From Terrimicrobiaceae bacterium (GTDB taxonomy: Bacteria > Verrucomicrobiota > Verrucomicrobiia > Chthoniobacterales > Terrimicrobiaceae), in assembly GCA_044342325.1 (NCBI GenBank), contig JBIIPZ010000005.1, forward strand, positions 34,002-98,001: a stretch of DNA of 64,000 bases, in the 5' to 3' direction. The notes beneath the pieces were generated by a model. That model ran no database searches. It had not been told where the DNA came from and worked only from the letters and a program-made list of their open reading frames with translations. Below, piece after piece: positions 1-9,900 of this stretch; position 1 is the stretch's first letter; the number at the start of each line of letters is the position of its first letter. The position numbers and the translations under genes were made by a program.

Positions 1-327
1 GGCGCGGCTGATATTGTAGGTATTCATCGCATTCGTGCCCACACAGGCAAACTCCGGACGCCCGAGCGCCTGGGGATTTCCCCGCTCGACCGTGGTCACC
101 ACCGCGCCAATTGTCTTGCCGCGCAGCCCGCCCGTTCCAAAAGCCAGCGTGCGGAAAAAGCGGTTGTCCAACTCGGCCCAATTGCCAGCTTCCACCAACT
201 CAGCCACAGAGGCCTGATCAACCGGTGAAGCGCTTTTCGAAAGAAGGCTCTCGATGTTTTTGGCGGACTCTGAAAGAAGTTTTCCATCAGCAGCGGCTTG
301 GCGGATCGTAGCGAGGAGAGAGTTCAT
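1..327 (-). CDS. Phosphoglucomutase/phosphomannomutase family protein, N-terminal part (runs off window)
   Basis: Not in ORF track. Manual translation from ATG 327 gives MNSLLATIRQ...ELDNRFFRTLAFGTGGLRG...GTNAMNTYNISRA; FGTGGLRG is the phosphohexomutase N-terminal motif. Confidence 0.85.
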   Translation of the reverse strand, partial: MNSLLATIRQAAADGKLLSESAKNIESLLSKSASPVDQASVAELVEAGNWAELDNRFFRTLAFGTGGLRGKTIGAVVTTVERGNPQALGRPEFACVGTNAMNTYNISRA

Positions 328-485
328 ACGCTGAGAATTAGCACGGCGCCAAGGCGCCTGTAAATCCCGGAACCCGCTTCACACGATGCAGAGCGTTCGT
401 TTCGCAAGGTAGGGTTGGTGCGCTCTCCGAGCCGGAGGCCGTCGCCGACCGATTTTTGCGGAGGGCCTGCCAGCCGACGATGCAT

Positions 486-594
486 ATTCCCACACCTGCC
501 GACGGGGACGTCGGCGCTCCAGCGCATTGGGAGGGTCATCGTCCTCGCATGACCCAAGATTCAGCCGCCCTCCGGGTCGGAGAGCAGCGGCGTC
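486..594 (+). repeat. Composite REP-like palindromic repeat, copy A
   Basis: GCCGACGGGGACGTCGGCGCTCC + GGAGGGTCATCGTCCTCGCATGACCC + TCAGCCGCCCTCCGGGTCGGAGAGCAGCGGCGTC; aligns with copies at 3677, 19547 and 21173. Confidence 0.85.
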
Positions 595-830
595 ATGGGC
601 TGGACACAGCCTGCTTCGCACCACTCGCGCAAGGTATCCGGGCAGTAATCAATCCCTCCTGGCCACTCAATCGTCAGGCCGTTTGTTGAAACTTGTGCAA
701 AAAAGTTCGCATCACGCAGAGGGTCTGTTGGTTCAAATGATGGAGACAAATCAATCTCTCCACAAAAACCATCCGAAAAATGCAGGCGTAATTGCGAGTC
801 CCCTGTCACGGCAGCCGTTAAAACTCTCAT
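561..830 (-). CDS. DUF2442-family putative antitoxin
   Basis: Motifs LRLHFSDG and TIEWPGGIDYCPDTL; ATG 830 overlaps the upstream TGA (ATGA coupling). Confidence 0.8.
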   Translation of the reverse strand: MRVLTAAVTGDSQLRLHFSDGFCGEIDLSPSFEPTDPLRDANFFAQVSTNGLTIEWPGGIDYCPDTLREWCEAGCVQPMTPLLSDPEGG

Positions 831-1090
831 TTTAATCCTCCAATTTTTCCAAGTGCACGCCCAGCTCTCATATTTTCCCATTGCTCGATAAGCTCATTTT
901 GGTGCAAGGCGGCCCACTCGACTACTTCTCCATGCTGACGAGGAGGGAGTTTTCCCGCCATTACCCCGAAGTCCGAAATGCGAATGCTGGCCTCCCATTC
1001 AGCGCTCATTGCGTGGAAGTGCGGCGGGTTGTGCTCTCCTCGAGTGTTTATAAAAATGGAAATCGAACCCCACTCAGAAATCTTCGGCAT
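827..1090 (-). CDS. DUF4160-family putative toxin
   Basis: MPKISEWGSISIF...EHNPPHFHA...WAALHQNELIEQWE; typical DUF4160 protein paired with DUF2442. Confidence 0.85.
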   Translation of the reverse strand: MPKISEWGSISIFINTRGEHNPPHFHAMSAEWEASIRISDFGVMAGKLPPRQHGEVVEWAALHQNELIEQWENMRAGRALGKIGGLK

Positions 1091-1259
1091 ACTTTTTTAG
1101 ATTATCTCTTAGCGGGAAAAATCAACACCTCATTCCAAAATTCTTTGCATTTCATCGTGGCACGCTGCCGTAGTTTAGTAAGCGTTGCGCCAAGCACCCC
1201 GTTTTTTTTTGAGGGGTTGGTGTAAATGTCGTAGGCCTATGCCACGACACTTACAGCAT

Positions 1260-2801
1260 CTACGCCGCCTTTTTCAGCGAGAGCTTCTTGTCCGCCCACT
1301 TTTCTGGGGTGAGTTCGGCTACCTGCCAGCTTGTGGTCTCGGTGATGCGGGTGAGCACGTCGCGCAGATACTCATGCGGATCGATACCGCGTCTGCGGCA
1401 ACTTTCGATAATCGTGTAGATCACGGCGCTGCGCTTTCCGGCCTCGGCGTCTCCAAAAAACAGCCAGTTCTTCTTGCCGATGGCCGTTGGTCGAATCGCA
1501 TTTTCCACGCCGTTGTTGTCGATTTCGATACGGCCATTAGCGACATACTTGGTGAGAAGTTCCCAGTGCGAGAGGGTGTAGCTGATGGCTTTTCCAAATG
1601 TGCTCGATGGGAGATGCCTTTGGGATGCCTCCATTTTTTCGAGCGCTCGCTTGAGGCGGTTCAATACCATCGCGCTTTGACTGGTTCGCACGGCCACTCT
1701 CAATGCAGGCCCAGCCTTGCTTTTACGCAGGCGTGCTTCGATTCGGTAAAGATTTTGGATTTGATACAGGACCCAGTTGGCGCGCAGTGGCACATGTTCG
1801 CGGGCCTCGTGGAAGTGCCGCCGCGCGTGAGCCCAGCATCCGGCCAGTTCGATACCTTCGCGTTTACTGGCGAAAGCAGGATAAGCCGCATAGGCGTCGC
1901 ATTGCAGCACGCCGCGAAAGTTCACCGGAACGATGTTTTCCAAGCAGGCGGCGCCTCTTCCCGTCTCCCAGTGGAAGACCGCGTCGAGTCCAGGCGCGTG
2001 GGCTGTCCACAAGTAGCCTTGTTTGGTTTTTCCATTCCCGGGCTCAAGATAAGACACGGGCGTTTCGTCGATCTGGACATACTTGTTGTCCATAACTGTG
2101 GTGCGAATGATTTCGTAAATGGGCTGCAACCAAAAGGCGATGAGTTCCATCCATCTCGCAAGCGTCGATCGCGGCAACGACACGCCGTGGCGAGTTTTGA
2201 AAATCATCTCCTGCCGGTAGAGCGGAAGGTGGTCGCAGTATTTGGAGACCGCCACGGTGGCAAGCAGGCCGGGAGCAGCAATGCCGCGCTCCTGCAGGCA
2301 CTCGGGCAGAGGCGCAATTACGGGAGCTGCCTCCTTGTCATCAATGAGCACATATTTGGGACGCACCAGAAGACGGCGAAAAAAACGCCCCGGCTCGAAG
2401 TCCAATCGCTCGCTGATTTCTTCACCAATCCGGCGCCATTTTTCCGGATCGGCAAGCACCTCCGGTGGGTCGATCACAACCTCCTCCGCAGGCAGGTTTT
2501 CAGGAATGCGTTCGCGCCTTGGGGATTTGGTTTTGGGTTTGGCGGGGATCATGGCCTCCGCAAGCAAGGAGGCATCAGGCTCGGGCGCTTGCGTCTCGGA
2601 AAGAACGGCAAACAAATCGAGTTGATTGGAGTTGAGCGCCTCGCTCGAACTCCCGAACATTTTCTTCATCAGCCAATCGATCTTTTCATTCAGAAGCTTC
2701 ACCTCCTGGCGAAGAGACTTATTTTCGGCAATCAGGCGCGCATTGTCCTTTCGGAGCCGTTCGTTCTCCTGCGCCAGGTTGTTTTCGCCGGTTTTCTTCA
2801 C
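1260..2801 (-). CDS. tnpC: IS66 DDE transposase TnpC
   Basis: Motifs KYCDHLPLYRQ, QIDETP, CWAHARRHF, IDNNGVENAIRP; N-terminal coiled coil. Confidence 0.96.
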   Translation of the reverse strand: MKKTGENNLAQENERLRKDNARLIAENKSLRQEVKLLNEKIDWLMKKMFGSSSEALNSNQLDLFAVLSETQAPEPDASLLAEAMIPAKPKTKSPRRERIPENLPAEEVVIDPPEVLADPEKWRRIGEEISERLDFEPGRFFRRLLVRPKYVLIDDKEAAPVIAPLPECLQERGIAAPGLLATVAVSKYCDHLPLYRQEMIFKTRHGVSLPRSTLARWMELIAFWLQPIYEIIRTTVMDNKYVQIDETPVSYLEPGNGKTKQGYLWTAHAPGLDAVFHWETGRGAACLENIVPVNFRGVLQCDAYAAYPAFASKREGIELAGCWAHARRHFHEAREHVPLRANWVLYQIQNLYRIEARLRKSKAGPALRVAVRTSQSAMVLNRLKRALEKMEASQRHLPSSTFGKAISYTLSHWELLTKYVANGRIEIDNNGVENAIRPTAIGKKNWLFFGDAEAGKRSAVIYTIIESCRRRGIDPHEYLRDVLTRITETTSWQVAELTPEKWADKKLSLKKAA

Positions 2802-2848
2802 TCATAAAATACATAGCATGTTCCATGCCAACTGCATAAGCGAAAACT

Positions 2849-3202
2849 TCAGGCTTCACGCTGATACCATGCCCGCATCCGCCCGCCTCGCAAATCAACC
2901 CCGTCGGTGAGCATGGCCAACGCCTCGGGTCGCAGGGCGAGTTTGGTTTTCCCATCCGTATCCTTGGGCCAGGAAAAGGTTCCCTTTTCCAGACGCTTTG
3001 TCAGCAACCAGAGGCCCGTGCCATCCCAGTAAATAATTTTGAGCCGTGTGTGCCTGCGATTGCTGAACACAAAGAGCGCCCCACTCTGCAAATCCTCGTT
3101 GAGCTTGGTTGCGACCATGCCAGAGAGCCCGTCAAATCCTTTGCGCATATCGCAAGGCTCCAAAGCCACGAACACTCGCAACGCTCCGGTGAAACTCAGC
3201 AT
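2849..3202 (-). CDS. tnpB: IS66 accessory protein TnpB
   Basis: Motifs DMRKGFDGL, LFVFSNRR, KRLEKGTFSWP. Confidence 0.95.
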   Translation of the reverse strand: MLSFTGALRVFVALEPCDMRKGFDGLSGMVATKLNEDLQSGALFVFSNRRHTRLKIIYWDGTGLWLLTKRLEKGTFSWPKDTDGKTKLALRPEALAMLTDGVDLRGGRMRAWYQREA

Positions 3203-3609
3203 ACCTCGCCTCCCATCGCGCGCAGCACCACAGCCGCCAATTCCGCATCACGCTCATCCCTGACCCTCAGCCTCGCTCCACCCCCAAGGAGTTCGATTTC
3301 CATCCCGTCGCCAGCACAGCGTGGCTCGGCCCCGCAGGCGATCTCCGCCTCGATCCATTGCACCTGAGGCTTCGCCGCCGCTCCCGTCAAAGCCGAATCT
3401 TTCCCCTGCTTTTGATTGCGCTCCTGAACCCAACTGCAAAAGGTCGAGTAGTTGATGCCAACCATGGCGGCAAACCTTGCCGCACTCATGCCCGCGCCAT
3501 CGAAGGCCGTGAGTATTTCCTGCCGCTTGCCAAGCGGCGTGCGCACACGCCCCAGACTGTCCTGCTTGAGAATTTCCCCTGCTGATAATAACGATGCTGT
3601 AGATGTCAT
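3196..3609 (-). CDS. tnpA: IS66 accessory protein TnpA (HTH)
   Basis: GMSAARFAAMVGINYSTFCSW helix-turn-helix; first gene inside the IS66 IRs. Confidence 0.85.
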   Translation of the reverse strand: MTSTASLLSAGEILKQDSLGRVRTPLGKRQEILTAFDGAGMSAARFAAMVGINYSTFCSWVQERNQKQGKDSALTGAAAKPQVQWIEAEIACGAEPRCAGDGMEIELLGGGARLRVRDERDAELAAVVLRAMGGEVC

Positions 3610-3676
3610 AGCCTCCAGACTACGACACCTCCACTACCTACGGTAGGTGGTGCTCGGCGCAACGCTTACGTAGTTT

Positions 3677-3980
3677 ATCCCCGCACATGCCGACGGGGAC
3701 GGCGGCGCTCCGGCGCATTGGGAGGGTCATCATCTTGCATGACCCATTTTTCAGCCGCCCTCCGGCTCGTAGACCTCCGGGTCGGAGAGCAGCGGCGTCC
3801 GAGGGGAGCATGGTCGTCTCGACCGTGCAGGCGCGAGGCGTGGTTTCGAATGGATTTTGAGCGTGGTGGTGTCTGGGAGTGGTTCCGCGTTTTCCGTGAT
3901 TGATATTGGGGCCATGCCAACCGAAGCACATCGCCGATGGCCCGAAGGGCGCAGCGAGCAGGGCAAAGGATGGCCCTCCA
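3677..3980 (+). repeat. Composite REP-like repeat, copy B, plus a GGGCCATGC...GATGGCCCTCC hairpin unit
   Basis: Same unit order as copy A, extended by GGAGCATGGTCGTCTCGACCGTGC. The unit at 3908-3980 resembles 21137-21163 and 60334-60361. Confidence 0.85.
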
Positions 3981-3981
3981 A

Positions 3982-6900
3982 TTAGAACGAGAAGCCGAGT
4001 GAGGTGCTGATGATGTTGTTTGTGTAGCCCTCGGCTCCGAAGTTCACGTTGTAGAATACCGACGCGCTCCAGCGGTCGCCCACCTTGGCGCTGATGCCTG
4101 CTCCGCCGAAGACGCTGTTGCTGTATGGCGCGCTGGTTTCGTAGTCGAACGATGGGCCGCTGCCGCCTTCGAGGGCGGAGCTGATGTTGCGCGGTTCGTT
4201 GAGGAACTCGTGCATCCAGAACCCGCGCACTTCGGGGATGAGCGTGGTGTTTGTGGCAACTTCCCAGTTGTAGGCCAGGCGTGCGCCGAGGTTCGTGCGG
4301 AGGCTGTTGGCATTCTGCTCGCCGAGCGCGAGGTCGAGGCTGTCGGCGCCGGTTTCCGTGAACCCGCCGATGCCGGCGTAGGTGTATTGCGCGCCGATGA
4401 TCGGGCCAAGCGTGAACTTGCCGACCTCGAAGTCCTTCCCGAGGTTTAGTGCCGCGCTGAATTGGCCGCTGTTCGGATTCGCCCGCGCCGTGCGGTCGAT
4501 TGAGCCGAACTCGATCGAGCGCCGAGTTTGGAAGCCGGTGTAGCCACCACTCACGATGGCGTCGGCGTAGTAACCGTCCTCGTGCGTGTAGCTGCCATAG
4601 AGGCCGAAGAGCGCGCTGTTGCCGCGTGTGCTGCTGCCGCCGTTGTATTTCGCGTAGCTGTATTCGTAGCCCGCGAAGAGGCCTGCCACGAAGTTCTCGC
4701 TCAGGCGGTAGTCGGCACCAACAAGGAACCCGCCGGCGTTGTTGTTGTAGTTCGGAACTCCGGCCAGTCCGCGAGAGATCGAAAACTCGCCGTTGGCCAT
4801 CACCCACGCGTTCCAGTTCGTCTCGATGGCGGATTCCACGATCGGCGAGGCCGTCTTAGCATCCGCCGTGCTCTTGCCGTCCTTGTCGTATTTGATCGGT
4901 TGGCTCAGGCCGATGGATTGGAAGCCTGTCGCCCCCAGACGCAGGGTGCCGAGGCGTTGGGTGAGGAGTTGGGTCTGGTTGTAGGTTTGTTCGATCAAGA
5001 TATCTCCGAGGCTTTCGTAGAAGCCGGGCATGATCTGGTCGAAGGCCGCAGGGAATTGCTCGGTCGTCAGCGAGTCGAGGGCTGTGCCGACGAGGACTGC
5101 ATCGCCTTCCGTGGCCAGAACAAAGCTGTCGAGAGCCTTGGCCACATTGCGTTGGTTTGGGTTGAGCGCGTAGGGAACGAAGCTTTCCGGCCCGAAGAGG
5201 AGCGACCCAACCGTTCCAAGGTTCAAGAAGCGCCCGCGCAGGCCATCGGGAACCACGATTGAATCGAACTCGCCCACAATGCTTCCCGCCTGCAGGAAGT
5301 CGTAGCGTGTGCCGGGCGTGATTTTCGCGCCTTCATAGGATTGCGCCTCCAATGTGCCGCCGAGGGTCGCTTGGCCGCTCACGACGATGCGGTCGAAGTT
5401 CGTCGGGCTGGCGATTTCGATGACGGTCGAACTGCCATCGGAGAGCAGCAGGTTGCCGGCGATGCTCAGCGTGCCGGGCGAATTGCCCGGGGAGAGGTTG
5501 CCCAGCACCACAACATTTTGGGTGATGATCAGGCCCGCGCCGCCGAGTGAGGCGAGCGGATCCACCACAACCTCGTTCGCGGCCAATTGCCCATTCACAG
5601 ACAGAAGTCCGGCATTCACAAGCGCTGTGCCGTTGACACTCATGTTGCTTTGGACATCGAGTTCCCCAGTCCCAAGCTTGTCAAAATTTCCCGGTGTGAC
5701 GACTGTGCCACCGCTAACAACAGATGCACCGGACTGCACGTTGAGCACGCCTGAGGTGACGATGAGTTTTCCCCCCGTTTCGATGGCGAGCGGAGCATTG
5801 TTACCGAATTTCAACGCATTCACGATGTTGGTTTGGCCCTTTGTGATCGTAGCTTGGGTCACATCGTAGTCGGCCACGACGGGCGTGTTCGGCCCGCCGT
5901 TGTTTTCGATGTTCGGGCCGGTGGACTCGGCTCCAGTGACAGTGTAGACCACAGTTTTGTTGGTCGTTGTGAAACTTCCGAAGAGTTTTGTGTATTCGCC
6001 GTGGGCCGCAGTGAATTTCCCGTTGTCCGCAGTTACGGTTCCATTGGTCGAAACCAGTGTGTAAGCGCCGGAATCCAGCGCTTGCACCTCGCTGAAGTCG
6101 AAGGTCGCGTTGCCCAGGGTGGAAACCGTGAAATTTCCGGCGACATTGATTTTCAAGTCCTGCGCGAGCGGTGAACTTCCCGTGTCGAAGAAGGCAATCC
6201 TGCCGCCGGTCCAATCGAGGTTGCCGCCGATCGAGAGCGTCAGGTTGCCCATGATGGACTCCTGCGAGGAGGTGACGAGGAGCTTGCCGCCATCGAGCGT
6301 GACGCTGCCTGTTCCAAGCGCCTGCGGGGCTTCCACCCAGAGTTTACCTTCCGAGATCGTGGTTCCACCAGTGTAGGTGTTGGTAGCACGAAGCCTTGTC
6401 ACTCCCGATCCGACCTGCGCGAAGGAACCGGCTCCGCTGATGACGTTGGAAATAATGGCTTCGTTGGTGCGGTTGACGGCAAAGGTCGCTCCGGAATCCA
6501 CAGAGATGTTGCTGCTGATGGCGCCCGCTGTGCCGCCGAGGGCGAGCGTTCCTGCGGAGATGGTGGTGAGACCGCTGTAGGTGTTGTTGCCGGAGAGCGA
6601 CAGGGTTGAGCTGCCGTTCTTCGTCAGAGCGGAGTTGCCCGAGATGATTCCGCTGATTTCGATGTCGGCAGCGGCGGCATCAACCTTGAGAACATCGCCT
6701 GCAGTCAAATCCATCCCGATGGTTTGAAGATTGCTGGAAGCGTTGATGATGCCGTCCTCGCCGATTTGCAGGGTGTTGCCATTGACGGTGTAGGCACCTG
6801 CTCCTTCGACGAAGTTGAACCCGGAGATCGACGAGAGGGAGGCGGCAGCGAAGTTGTTCGTGCTCGTGCCACCAGGTCCGGCGAATTCGACCTCGTCGCC

Positions 6901-9900
6901 GTTTTCGGGGAACGCCTCGTCCTCCCATTGCGTGGCTATGGTCCAATTTCCTGAGCCGGTGATCCATGTGGCGGCGGATTTGTAATTGAGGACAAGGGCG
7001 GTGTTGTTGGCTCCCAGGCTCATGAAGTAGCGACCGTCGTTTCCTGCCATTCCGGCGGGATCAAACGCGAAGGCTTTTTTCTCGAATCCGCTGATTCCGC
7101 CCTCAAAGCTGCCGACTTCCCAAGACGCTTTCTTCACATCCGCAAGCGTGGCGATGCCGAGCGTGGAAAGGGTAAAGCTGATCGGATTGGCCGACGTCGC
7201 GTTGAGGGTGAGCATTCCGCCCGAGGTGATGAGATCCCAATCCGAACCTGCCGTGCCGTTGAGGGAAGAAGTCTGCCAGTTGTAAATGCCGCCGCCGTTC
7301 CAAAGGCTATTGCCGACGGTGAGCGTGGCGGTGCCATTTCCGGTTCCGGGAGCGATGGTGCCGCCGGAGTTGAGTGATACGGATCCGAGTGTGCCGGTTC
7401 CCTGTAGGACGCCAGCCGATATCGCGGTTGGACCTGCGACTGTTCCGCTGATGGTTGTTTCTCCACCACCGACAGTCAAAGCCCCGCCGATGTTGCCGCT
7501 GTTGAAGAGTGTTCCAAAACTGATGACCTCGCCAGTAATGTTGCCGCTGTTGGTGAAGCTGCCGGAATTGAGCAGCAAAGCGACCGTGCCGTTGTTGGTG
7601 GCAGTGCCATTTCCCAGATTGACGACATTCCCGGCTACGCCGCTTTGTTCAACGCGCAGCAATGCATTGCTCGTCACAGCTGCCACGCTGCCAGCAACCA
7701 CAAATTCGCCATCACCGATCGTCGTATTTCCAGAAACCTGGCCGCTTTGGGCGACCGTTACCGCACCATCGAAGCTGAGCAAATCACCAGTGATATTTCC
7801 TCTGTTGGTGAAGGTTCCGGCGTTCGCCAAAGAAGCTGCAGTGCCGTTGTTCGTGACGGTTGCGCCAACGAGGTTGGTCACACTTCCTGCAATACCGCCC
7901 TGCTGGATTGTCAGGGTGGCGTTGTTGCTCACACCGGCCACCGTGCCGCTCACATCCAATGTGCCACTCGTGATTGTTGAAGTGCCTGCAACCTGACCAC
8001 CGGCTCCGATCGTTGCCAATCCCCCATCCACTCCCAGTGTGCCACCGATGGTTCCCGTGCTCGAAAGCGTTCCGCTCGTCGTCGCGTTTCCGGTGATGTT
8101 TCCGCTGTTGGTGAAGGTTCCCGCATTAGCCAGCGAGGCCGCTGTGCCGTTGTTTGTGCCAGTTGCGGGGGCAAGGTTGCTCACGCTTCCCGCAATACCA
8201 CCCTGTTGGATCGTCAAGGTGGCGTTGTTGGTTACACCGGCCACTGTGCCGCTCACATCCAATGTGCCGCTCGTAATGGTCGAGCTTCCTTCAACCTGAC
8301 CACCGGCTCCAATCGTTGCCGATCCGCTTTCCACGCCCAGTGTCCCACTGATCCGGCCTGTGCTCGAAAGCATTTCGCTCGTCGTCGCGTTTCCAGTGAT
8401 GTTGCCGCTGTTGGTGAAGGTTCCAGCGTTCGCCAGTGAGGCGGCCGTGCCGTTATTTGTGCCAGTCGCGCCGGCAAGGTTGGTCACGCTTTCCGCAATA
8501 CCGCTCTGCTGGATCGTCAAGCTGGCGTTGTTAGTTACGCCAGCCACTGTGCCGCTGACATCCAATGTGCCGCTTGTGATTGTCGAAGTTCCTGCAACCT
8601 GACCACCGGCCCCGATCGTTGCCAATCCGCCATCCACTCCCAATGTTCCACCGATCCGGCCGGTGCTCGAAAGCGTTCCGCTCGTCGTCGCGTTTCCGGT
8701 GATGTTTCCGCTGTTTGTGAAGGTTCCAGCGTTCGCCAGTGAGGCGGCCGTGCCGTTATTTGTGCCAGTCGCGCCGGCAAGGTTGGTCACGCTTCCCGCG
8801 ACACCGCTCTGCTGGATCGTCAAGGTGGCGTTGTTGGTTACACCGGCCACTGTGCCGCTCACATCCAATGTGCCGCTTGTGATTGTCGAAGTGCCTGCAA
8901 CCTGACCACCGGCCCCGATCGTTGCCAATCCGCCATCCACTCCAAATGTTCCACCGATCCGGCCGGTGCTGGTGAGCGTTCCACTCGTTGTGGCGTCTGC
9001 GGTGATGTTTCCGCCGTTGGTGAATGTGCCTGCGTTCGCCAGCGAGGCCACTGTGCCATTGTTCGTGCCAGTTGCCCCTGCGAGATTGTCCACGCTTCCT
9101 GCCACGCCGCTCGACTGAACAGTGAAGGTCGCGTTGTTTGTTACGTCTCTGACAGCGCCTTCCACAAGGAGCGTGCCGGCATTGACGGTTGTGCTGCCCG
9201 AGTAGGTGTTGGCGCCAGAAAGGGTGAGTGTTTGATTGCCTTCCTTCGTGAGCGTGAACCCCTCATACGTCTGATGCGAGATGCCGCCGGAGATGTTTCC
9301 GGAAACCACAAGGTTCGCGGTGTTCGCGGCGAAGGTCTGGTCGGCGCCGAGTCTAAGGTTGAGGGCGATCGTTTGGGTGCTGTTCGAATTGTTGGTGATT
9401 CCCCCCTCGCCGATCGTCAGGTTCCCCCCAGTGAGCGTAAACGAGCCTGTGGCATTGTTTGTGAAGACGAGCGCGTTGATATTTCCGACAGTCGAGTCGT
9501 TTGTGCTGGTGCCATTGGTGCCGGCGTAGTCCACCGTCACGCCATTGATCGCAGCGAATCCTGTCTCCCAGTTGGCGGTGTTGGTCCAATTTCCAGTTCC
9601 GCCAATCCAAGTGGCCACCGTGGCATAGCTAAAGTTGAGGGCCGTGCCGTTGGAGCTGACTCCAAAGCCATAGATGGCCGGAAGGTTTTCGAAACCGGTG
9701 GTGGTGATGTTGAAGGCGTCCGCTGAGAAGCCTGAGATGCCCCCGGCGAACTCCGCGATTTTCCAGCTGGCATTTTTGACATTCGGATCAAACCCACTGC
9801 CGTTGGTTGTGCTGGCGGCGATGGTGAATTTGTTGGTCGAATTTGCACCGATTGTGAGGCTTCCGGTGGAGCTCATGAGATCCCAGCCTGTGCCTGCGGT

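Larger units (their letters stand above)
1178..3669 (-). mobile_element. Complete IS66-family insertion sequence (2,492 bp)
   Basis: IRs GTAAGCGTTGCGCCAAGCACC (1178-1198) and GGTGCTCGGCGCAACGCTTAC (3649-3669), 1 mismatch; 8-bp direct repeat GTAGTTTA at 1170-1177 and 3670-3677; tnpA-tnpB-tnpC inside. Confidence 0.97.

Noticed and set aside
1185..2807. 540-aa plus-strand ORF and similar long ORFs (23661-24941, 25444-26904, 40126-41373, 43736-45238, 53057-54397, 54766-56349)
   Set aside because: Antisense shadows of well-supported genes in GC-rich DNA, with no recognisable motifs.
3638..3981. Short ORFs ending ...LLSDPEVYEPEGG (also near 19605-19901 and 21214-21699)
   Set aside because: These are translations of the palindromic repeat, not independent genes.
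7690..9170. Diversity-generating retroelement TR/VR pair
   Set aside because: Tandem in-frame coding repeats with no obvious adenine-specific differences; no reverse transcriptase.
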